Part shown: in pieces, positions 56,403 through 64,000 of the stretch | Numbering within the stretch: position 1 is the first letter of the stretch | Layout: each line of letters begins with the position of its first letter | Assembly (NCBI GenBank): GCA_040754455.1 | Contig: JBFMCP010000017.1 | Location: 1-64,000 of the forward strand | Direction of reading: 5' to 3' | Length of the DNA: 64,000 nt | DNA from: Nitrospirota bacterium | GTDB lineage: Bacteria > Nitrospirota > Thermodesulfovibrionia > Thermodesulfovibrionales > Dissulfurispiraceae | Position numbers and translations under genes: made by a program | Notes under the pieces: generated by a model | Databases searched by the model: none | What the model was told of the DNA's origin: nothing | Seen by the model: the letters and a program-made list of their open reading frames with translations, nothing else

Positions 56403-56443
56403 GAGGCACGGAGAGAGATTAAAATTTCAGCTCTCCGTGTCTC
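56403..56443. repeat. Intergenic hairpin (13-bp arms)
   Basis: GAGGCACGGAGAG / CTCTCCGTGTCTC with one mismatch. Confidence 0.6.
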
Positions 56444-56452
56444 TGCAGTTTA

Positions 56453-59400
56453 TCATTTATCCGTTACATCCCCTATCGACAGCAGTATCGTCCGGGTCTT
56501 TTCGATCCTCCGGCCATTGAGCAGCATCGTTCGTCGGCCTGTTTCCGGGAAGTCGTACTCCACCTCGAAATTCTCGAACCGTGAGTCCATGGGCAGAATG
56601 TCCTCAAGGAGCCTTTTCAGCTCCGGGATATCCCACTGCCGGTTGCCGATCTCGTAGATGGGTCTCCCTTCGGTCTCTCCGGGAGTAACCCTGAAGGTGT
56701 CGTAAAAGGACTTGTTCGCCGATATCACCCGGAGCCCGGAGTCAAGAGCGATGAGCGGTTCGCGCACAGTATCGATGATGCCCTTCATGAGGGCGATCGT
56801 ATCTTCGAGCTCTTGCACCTTCTTCTGTTCCGTTATCTCGATGAACGTGATCACTACGCCCTCGATAATATTGTTGGTGGTCCGGTAGGGCATGATACGC
56901 GCCAGGTACCAGAGCCCTTTATGGTGTTTGACGATCTTCTCCCTCGTCGTCAGTGTCTTGAGCACCGCTTCCGCGTCATCGCAGAGCTCCGGGTAGTCCA
57001 GTTTTGTGACGATGTCGGCCATAGGACATCCGATATCGGACTGGATGAGGTTGATGACCTCGGTGGTCGAAGGGGTGAAACGTTTGATGCGCAGGTCAGT
57101 ATCGAGGAAGATCGTAGCGATCTGGGTGGATGCCAGTAGGTTATTCATGTCGTTGTTGACCTGTGCCAGCTCGTCCATTTTATGCTGCAGCTCGGAATTG
57201 ACGGTCATCAATTCCTCGTTGGTGGATTGCAGTTCCTCCTTCGAGGTCTCGAGCTCCTCATTTGTGCTTTGGAGCTCCTCATTGGATGATTGCAACTCCT
57301 CATTGGTCGCCTGCAACTCCTCATTGGAGGTTTCGAGCTCTTCGATCGTGGTCTGAAGGTGTTCTTTGGTGGACTTGAGCTCGAATTCGAGGTCGGCGAT
57401 CCGCTTGTTCATCTTCTCCTCGGGAAGAGAGGCTCCTTCGGCCTTCTCAGTCTTGGGAGTGACGACATCCCTGAAGACCACCATCATCAGGCCCCGCAAG
57501 CTTTCAGGCTCCTTTATATATTTGACGTCGAGGTTGATCATCTGGAAATCGCCGTTGGTCTTGACATTCAGTCCCTCCACGGCGATGTCCCTTGACTGTT
57601 TGAATGCCTGGCGCAGGGCGGTCCGCAGCTCGAGCCGCAAGCCCTCGCGCGCCATCTCGAAAATATTCAGGGTCGCCTTTCCTGCAGCAGGTTCCAGGTA
57701 CTTACCGGTCCTGCCGTGGATATAGAGGATGTCGCCATTGCGGTCCACAATGACGCTGGGCGGCGTATAATATTCGAGAAGAACATTGCAAGTTATATCG
57801 CCGATACTGACCTCACGGGGTTCCTTTTCCACGGCCGGACGTTCCCGCCGCGCAGCTTCATACCGGCCGGCAGGCCGCAGATCGAAGGGCATGAGCGCAG
57901 GGATCTCGGTCTTCCGCGCCTTGTAGATCTTCCATTTCTTATCGACGACTGAAAAGAGGTCGCTGGTGTCGCCGATGGATTCGGACGAGCCCAAAAAGAG
58001 GATGCCGTCGGGGTTCAGGGCGTAGCGGAAGAGGGGGAGCACCTTTCGCTGAAGTTCGGCGCTCAGGTAGATGAGGAGGTTCCTGCAGCTGATCATGTCG
58101 AGCTTGGAGAAGGGCGGGTCCTTGATGACATTCTGCACGGCAAAGACGATGGACTCCCTGATCTCTTCCTTGACCTTATAGGTGTTGTCCTTCTTGACAA
58201 AGAAGTTCGCCAGCCGTTCGGGTGAGACATCGACCGAAATGTTCGACGAATAAACGCCGGCCCGTGCGACCTCGAGGGCGCCGCTGTCGATGTCGGTGGC
58301 GAAGATTTGAAGCTTGTAGCTGCCCTTCAAATCCTGCATATATTCATTGAAGATGATGGCGAGGGAATAGGCCTCTTCACCGGTCGAGCAGCCGGGGACC
58401 CATAGACGCACCGGGTGACCGTGGGGTCTGTTCTGAAAGATGATCGGCAGGCCCTTTGTCTTGAGCGCCTCATACGCTTCGGGGTCCCTGAAAAAGTTGG
58501 TCACCCGTATCAGGAGCTCTTTGAAGAGTATTTCGACCTCGTCCGGATGGTTGCGGAGAAAAGCAAGGTAGTCCGCAATCTCGCTGATCTGGAGCACCGC
58601 CATACGGCGCTCGATCCTGCGCATGACAGTGTTGTACTTGTATTGAGAGAAATCGTGGCCGGTCTGAGACCGGATGGTGACGAATATCTTCTGGAGGACA
58701 TCGAGCGGCTTGACCTTGATCTCTTTCGGCGGCAGGGGCGGCTTGACTAGCGCACTCTTTGCATAGCGCAACAACTGTTCGGGCATTTTTTCTGCCGGAA
58801 GCACGTAATCGACCAGACCTGTGGCTATGGCGCTCCGCGGCATGCCGTCGTAGCGGGCGGTCTTGATGTCCTAGACCATCACGAGGCCGCCTGCGCCCTT
58901 GATCTCCTTCAACCCCAGCGTGCCCTCGGTGCCGGTGCCGGAGAGGATGATGCAAATCGCCCGTTCCCCTTGATCGGCAGCGAGAGAGCGAAAAAAGAAA
59001 TCGATGGGGTGGCGCATTCCCCGTCGCTCGGCAGGCTTCATCAGGTGGAGCGTCCTGTTAAGAATAGACATATCTTTGTCGGGAGGAATAATGTAGATGC
59101 TGTCCGGTTTGACCTGCATCCCGTCTTTGGCCTCGAATATCTCCATTTTGGTGTAGCGTCGCAGTAGTTCGCTCATGATGCTCTTGTGCTCAGGGGAGAG
59201 ATGGGGAACGAGCACAAAGGCCATGCCGCTGTCCGGGGGCATATGGGAGAAGAACTGCTCGAAGGCCTCCAGACCTCCTGCCGAAGCGCCGATACCGACG
59301 ATAAAGAAACCGCCCTTCTCGATCTTAGGTGACAGGTCTGCTTTTTCAGGCTCTTCGGGCATAACGACTTCCACCTCTTTCGCCGGGATCTCTTCCATTG

Positions 59401-59503
59401 GCTGTTCGATAGGCTTTCCGGGCGGTACCGCGGCAGGTGCAGGTGCGGTCTCCCCAGCATCTTTATTCTGATCGTTCTTCTTTACATCCTTCTTCTTTGC
59501 CAT
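56453..59503 (-). pseudogene. CheB-CheR-PAS fusion interrupted by one in-frame TAG (58871-58873)
   Basis: ORFs 58871-59503 and 56453-58843 share a frame: GGLVMV*DIKTARYDGMPRSAI. CheB GASAGG; CheR VTNFFRD, GCSTGEEAYS and SCRNLLIY; (NEELQS)n coiled coil. Confidence 0.85.
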
Positions 59504-59838
59504 AGACGCTCTCCCGTATGCGTTATGCTTCAAGCCCGTTGATCGAGACTCTCCCTGTTTCGCCTCGGATGAAGGTGTTGATGTGAAAGCCAAATATATA
59601 ATTATACAACTTCTATATATCATATTATAGCGTGATTCCTTTGTACCATTTCGCGGGCTTGTTGCTCATTATTAACCAGGCGATGAAACAGTGCATCTGT
59701 CATTGCGGCGTGCCTGCCCTTGAAGGTGGTCATCAGGGGACCGGCGGATGGCGATACTGCCTCTACTGGTATTTATGAAACGGCTTCAGGTAATTTATAA
59801 AGAAATACCCGGTACCGTCCACCGGCAGGGAAAGCGAA

Positions 59839-60906
59839 ATGATCCGGAAATTATTAGTGGCTACGTTCTTTTCCTTTTTGATAGTGGGCTGTTCAGGCAG
59901 CGAGACCGTCAGCAAGCCTGACCGCACTGTTTTCGATGACCGCCATATGAAGAACGTCACCCTGCTTACCTTCGAGGGTGACAACGGCGAGGCCTACTTT
60001 AGCTGGGACAGCCGGAAGCTCATCTTCCAGTCAAACCGCGAGGGGTATGCCTGCGACAAAATCTGGACCATGAATATCGACGGCTCTGATAAAAAAATGG
60101 TTAGCCCCGGTCATGGCGCCCATACCTGCTCGTTCTTCTTTCCCGACGGCAAGCAGATTATCTTTGCCTCCACCAGCCATCTTCCCGGCGACTGCCCGTC
60201 GAAACCGCAGATGCCCGGCGGCTATGTCTGGCCGCTCTATCCCTACGATATATTCACCGCCAATAAGGATGGTTCTGATCTCAAAAAGATAACGGACAAT
60301 CCTCAATATGACGCCGAGCCGATCGTTTCATCCGATGGCAAACAGATTGTCTTCGGCTCACAGAGAGAGGGCGACTTTGATATCTATGTAATGAACGCCG
60401 ATGGCTCGAATGTCCGGCGACTGACTGACCGCGTCGGCTATGACGGCGGGCCGTGGTTCTCGCCGGACGGTAAAAAGATCGTCTGGCGCGCCTGGTATCC
60501 TGACACCGAAGAGGAGGAGGCGATATGGCGGGACTGCATGGAAAAGGACTACATCCTCCCCTTCCCCCTCGATATCTGGGTCATGGATGCCGACGGTTCG
60601 AACAAAAAGAGGCTGACGAATAACGGCGCCACCAACTGGGCGCCGTCGTGGCATCCCGACGGGAAAAGGATCATCTTTTCGAGCAATATGGACGACTGGC
60701 ACGAGGATATCAAGAAATTCGGCCACAATTTCGAGCTCTATATCATCAATGCCGACGGCACTGGTCTCGAAAGGATCACCTACAACAATGTCTTCGACAG
60801 CTTCCCCATGTTCTCGCCAGATGGGAAAAAGCTGGTCTTCGGCTCGAACAGAAACCCCAAGAAGCCCAGGGCCACGGATATTTTTATCGCTGACTGGGTG
60901 GAGTAA
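59839..60906 (+). CDS. TolB-like beta-propeller (PD40 repeat) lipoprotein
   Basis: Lipobox IVGC; repeated FSPDGKKIVF and MNADGS units. Confidence 0.9.
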   Translation: MIRKLLVATFFSFLIVGCSGSETVSKPDRTVFDDRHMKNVTLLTFEGDNGEAYFSWDSRKLIFQSNREGYACDKIWTMNIDGSDKKMVSPGHGAHTCSFFFPDGKQIIFASTSHLPGDCPSKPQMPGGYVWPLYPYDIFTANKDGSDLKKITDNPQYDAEPIVSSDGKQIVFGSQREGDFDIYVMNADGSNVRRLTDRVGYDGGPWFSPDGKKIVWRAWYPDTEEEEAIWRDCMEKDYILPFPLDIWVMDADGSNKKRLTNNGATNWAPSWHPDGKRIIFSSNMDDWHEDIKKFGHNFELYIINADGTGLERITYNNVFDSFPMFSPDGKKLVFGSNRNPKKPRATDIFIADWVE

Positions 60907-60927
60907 ATCGGACCACAGAGGATGATA

Positions 60928-63900
60928 ATGAAAGGTCGTTTATTTCCTCTCCTTGTTATATTGTTGTTCACCACAGCATTTTCTACACCAACGCATGCAA
61001 AAGACCGTACATTGCTCCATCACGATCTCAAGGTTACGTTATATCCCGCAGAACATCGCCTTGTAGCAGAGGATTCCATCACCCTTCCTGATCATTACCC
61101 CTCCGACGTTCATTTCCTGCTCCATAAAGGACTTAATCCTACTTCACCGACACAGGGAGTACGCATCATCAGAGAGCATGAGAAGAAGGGAGCAGTTCCG
61201 ATCGAGTCCTTCAAGGTGACGCTTGCGCCGGGGGCCAAACGTTTAGTAATCAGGTATGCAGGAACCGTTCATCATCCGCTCATGTCGCACGGCAAGGAGT
61301 ACGCCCGCGGGTTCAGGGATACTCCAGGCATCATCTCTGATGAAGGCGTTTACCTGGGAGGCAGCTCCTTCTGGTACCCGGTCATCAATGAAGGGTTCAT
61401 CACTTTTCATCTCGATGTTGCCCTCCCCCCTGGGTGGGATGCCGTGAGCCAGGGTGCGCGGACGCTCCACAGCAAAGAGAAGGGCTCAGTCTCTGTCCGA
61501 TGGGAGTCGCCGGAACCGCAGGAGGAGATATACCTAGTAGCAGCGCGCTTCAGCGAATATACGCAGACAACAGGCAGAATTCCGGCAATGGTCTTTCTCC
61601 GCACTCCGGACAGGGATCTGGCGAATAAATATCTTGAAGCAACCGCCCGCTATATCGCCATGTATGAGAAGCTCATCGGCCCTTACCCCTATGCCAAATT
61701 CGCCCTCATCGAAAACTTCTGGGAGACCGGGTTCGGCATGCCCTCGTTCACCCTCCTCGGGCCGAAGATCATCCGCTTTCCCTTTATCATTACCTCCTCC
61801 TATCCCCATGAGATACTCCACACCTGGTGGGGCAACAGCGTCTTTCCCGATTACCGGAAAGGGAACTGGTCAGAGGGCCTCACCGCCTATCTTTCCGATC
61901 ACCTCATCAAGGAGCAGCAGGGCAACGGCGTCGAGTACCGTCAGACAACGCTCCAGAAATATGCCGACTATGTCCTAAACGAGCGCGATTTTCCGCTCAC
62001 CGGATTCCGCTCACGCCACAGCTCTTCTTCCGAAGCAGTGGGGTACGGGAAGTCGCTTATGCTCTTCCACATGCTCCGTCGTGAGCTGGGTGATGCAACG
62101 TTTGCCAAAGGGCTCCAGGACTTCTACCGTGAACAGAAGTTTAAGATCGCTTCATTCGATGATCTGCAAAAGAGCTTCGAAAGAGTCTCCGAAAAGAACC
62201 TCGGCAAAGAGTTCGACCAATGGCTGACCCGCACCGGTGCTCCAAAGCTGAAGCTTGTCAAAGCTGATGCCCAAGCGAAAGGAAATGAGTATCTGCTCTC
62301 AATCCGTGTTGAGCAGACCCAGAAGGGTGATGTTTATCGCCTGCACATACCTCTTGCAGTTACTATGGAGGGACAGGACCGTGCCTATCAGACCGTCGTA
62401 AGGATGGATAGAAAGCAGCTCGACATCACTCTTTCCCTGCCCTCACGCCCTCTACGGATCGATGTGGACCCTGAGTTCGACATCTTCCGCAGGCTCGATA
62501 TTGATGAGATACCTCCGGCCATAACCCAGGCCCTCGGCGCAAAGAGTATACTGGTAATTCTACCGTCGTCAGCACCGGCACCGCTGCTCGAGGCATACCG
62601 GGATCTTGCAAAAGCTCTGGCTGGTTCAGGTCCGGACACCTCGGAAGTGAAGCTTGACAAGGAAATCAAAAACCTCCCTTCTGATCGAGCCATTGCAATC
62701 CTCGGATGGGAAAACCGCTTTGCCGACAAAGCGATAACCTCCCTTTCGCGCTACGGGGTCATACGTCACCAGAAAGGGATCCGCATCGAAAAAACCGATA
62801 TCCTCTTCGACAACCACGCTGTTGTGCTCGCTTCGAGAAATCCGGGAAACAAAAATGCGGCGATGCTCTTTATTGCTTCCGACCGCGCGGATGCGCTTCC
62901 GGGGCTCGGCAGAAAGCTCCCCCACTATCATAAATACAGTTATCTCGGCTTCGAAGGTGACGAGCCGGCAAATATCGCGAAAGGCAGGTGGCCGGTGCTC
63001 GATTCGCCCATGACACTTTTCCTTCCCGATAGAAAGGGCGTCCGCACAAAAGCAGAGATGGGTAAACTCGCCGCCCGTGCGCCACTTGCCGTCCCGCCCC
63101 CGGTCTTTTTCGGTGAACGGATGAAGGAGACGGTCAGGCTCCTTTCGGGAGATGATTTGAAGGGGCGCGGCTTCGGCACCGCAGAGCTCGACCGCGCTGC
63201 CGAATACATTGCCGACCAATTCAAGGAGGCCAGTCTCGTTCCCGGCGGCGACACGGAAGGGAGCTATATACAGCAATGGCAGGAGAGGGGCAGCGATCCT
63301 GAACAGAATGTGACGCTGAAAAACATTATTGGTATCATTCCTGGGAAGAGGACCGAATTTTCAGGCCGGAGCGTCGTTATCGCAGCACACTACGACCACC
63401 TCGGTCTGGGCTGGCCTGATGCACGAGAAGGGAATAAAGGCAAGGTACATCCCGGCGCTGACGATAACGCCAGCGGGGTTGCGGTGCTTATTGAGCTCGC
63501 CAGGGTGCTCGGTAAAGCCCTTACTCCCGATCGCAGTGTCATTTTTGTCGCCTTTTCCGGCGAAGAAGCGGGGAGAAGGGGATCGAAATATTATGTAGCC
63601 AATCAGAAGCGCTATCCCGCAGGGCAGATTGTCGGGATGGTGAATCTCGATACTGTAGGCCGGCTCGGCAAGGGAAAGCTCCTGGTCCTCGGAGTGAACT
63701 CTGCAAAAGAGTGGATCCATATCTTCAGGGGAGCCGGGTTCGTCACTGGTGTCGAGATCGAGGCGGTGTCCGAGCGTATCGATGCGAGCGACCAGGTGAG
63801 CTTCGAAGAAGCAGGCGTTCCCGCGGTGCAGCTCTCTTCCGGGCCGCACCTCGATTACCACCGGCCTACCGATACCGCAGATAAAATCGACATCGAGGGG

Positions 63901-64000
63901 CTGGTAAAAGTCGCCACAGTGGCAAAAGAGGTGATCGAGTACCTCTCTAGCCGCACTGAACCGATGACGGCAACACCCGCCGCAGGGAAGGATGCTGATG
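60928..64000 (+). CDS. Secreted M1-family aminopeptidase fused to an M28-family peptidase (3' truncated by the window)
   Basis: Not in the ORF track. Frame 1 starts MKGRLFPLLVILLF; HEILHTWW...NWSEGL at 61807; later AAHYDHLG, GADDNASG, GEEAG, NLD and DYHRPTD. Confidence 0.9.
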   Translation, partial: MKGRLFPLLVILLFTTAFSTPTHAKDRTLLHHDLKVTLYPAEHRLVAEDSITLPDHYPSDVHFLLHKGLNPTSPTQGVRIIREHEKKGAVPIESFKVTLAPGAKRLVIRYAGTVHHPLMSHGKEYARGFRDTPGIISDEGVYLGGSSFWYPVINEGFITFHLDVALPPGWDAVSQGARTLHSKEKGSVSVRWESPEPQEEIYLVAARFSEYTQTTGRIPAMVFLRTPDRDLANKYLEATARYIAMYEKLIGPYPYAKFALIENFWETGFGMPSFTLLGPKIIRFPFIITSSYPHEILHTWWGNSVFPDYRKGNWSEGLTAYLSDHLIKEQQGNGVEYRQTTLQKYADYVLNERDFPLTGFRSRHSSSSEAVGYGKSLMLFHMLRRELGDATFAKGLQDFYREQKFKIASFDDLQKSFERVSEKNLGKEFDQWLTRTGAPKLKLVKADAQAKGNEYLLSIRVEQTQKGDVYRLHIPLAVTMEGQDRAYQTVVRMDRKQLDITLSLPSRPLRIDVDPEFDIFRRLDIDEIPPAITQALGAKSILVILPSSAPAPLLEAYRDLAKALAGSGPDTSEVKLDKEIKNLPSDRAIAILGWENRFADKAITSLSRYGVIRHQKGIRIEKTDILFDNHAVVLASRNPGNKNAAMLFIASDRADALPGLGRKLPHYHKYSYLGFEGDEPANIAKGRWPVLDSPMTLFLPDRKGVRTKAEMGKLAARAPLAVPPPVFFGERMKETVRLLSGDDLKGRGFGTAELDRAAEYIADQFKEASLVPGGDTEGSYIQQWQERGSDPEQNVTLKNIIGIIPGKRTEFSGRSVVIAAHYDHLGLGWPDAREGNKGKVHPGADDNASGVAVLIELARVLGKALTPDRSVIFVAFSGEEAGRRGSKYYVANQKRYPAGQIVGMVNLDTVGRLGKGKLLVLGVNSAKEWIHIFRGAGFVTGVEIEAVSERIDASDQVSFEEAGVPAVQLSSGPHLDYHRPTDTADKIDIEGLVKVATVAKEVIEYLSSRTEPMTATPAAGKDAD

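Noticed and set aside
57200..57350. 21-bp-period DNA repeats in cheBR as a separate element
   Set aside because: They simply encode the NEELQS heptad coiled coil.
58871..58873. Genome-wide TAG recoding
   Set aside because: TAG ends full-length genes in this window (e.g. hemW, iscR, crcB, the hydroxy-acid oxidase).
59679..59760. Fluoride riboswitch (GGCGATG)
   Set aside because: No complementary CGCC stem or downstream conserved motif, and far from crcB.

Overview
Gene-dense chromosomal window from an anaerobic or microaerophilic diderm bacterium. The gene content is compatible with Nitrospirota or a deltaproteobacterial-type lineage, but this is inference only. Most genes are housekeeping: purM, nadC, valS, iscR-tusA-iscS-iscU, mlaEFDC, crcB, prmA, ychF, tRNA-Ser(GCT), tilS, degP-like, hemW, ribD, ubiD-family, ndk, mdh, fabD, etfBA, acpS, pdxJ and nrdJ. 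The window also has a Tat-exported selenocysteine formate dehydrogenase operon (in-frame UGA plus SECIS), a LytS/LytTR-CstA uptake cluster with a triple direct-repeat operator, a c-di-GMP/CheB-CheR signalling block, and a TolB-like gene followed by an M1+M28 double peptidase that runs off the right edge. The signals the ORF track misses are: (1) an orphan, heavily base-paired ~300-nt transcription unit with a consensus sigma54 promoter and an intrinsic terminator but no credible ORF (22046-22378), the best candidate for an undescribed RNA system; (2) a relic integron between ribD and ubiD with an IntI C-terminal fragment, a near-consensus promoter, one cassette and an intact attC; (3) a 156-bp inverted-repeat element with a half copy flanking an AEC transporter; (4) 6-7-nt-period palindromic repeats, one array lying in frame inside ribD; (5) an uncharacterised 15-aa-repeat membrane-anchored protein in the valS gene string; (6) a single amber codon splitting a CheB-CheR fusion; (7) an XylR/V4R sensor fused to GGDEF-EAL. 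All calls come from motif recognition by eye. No database searches or folding programs were run.
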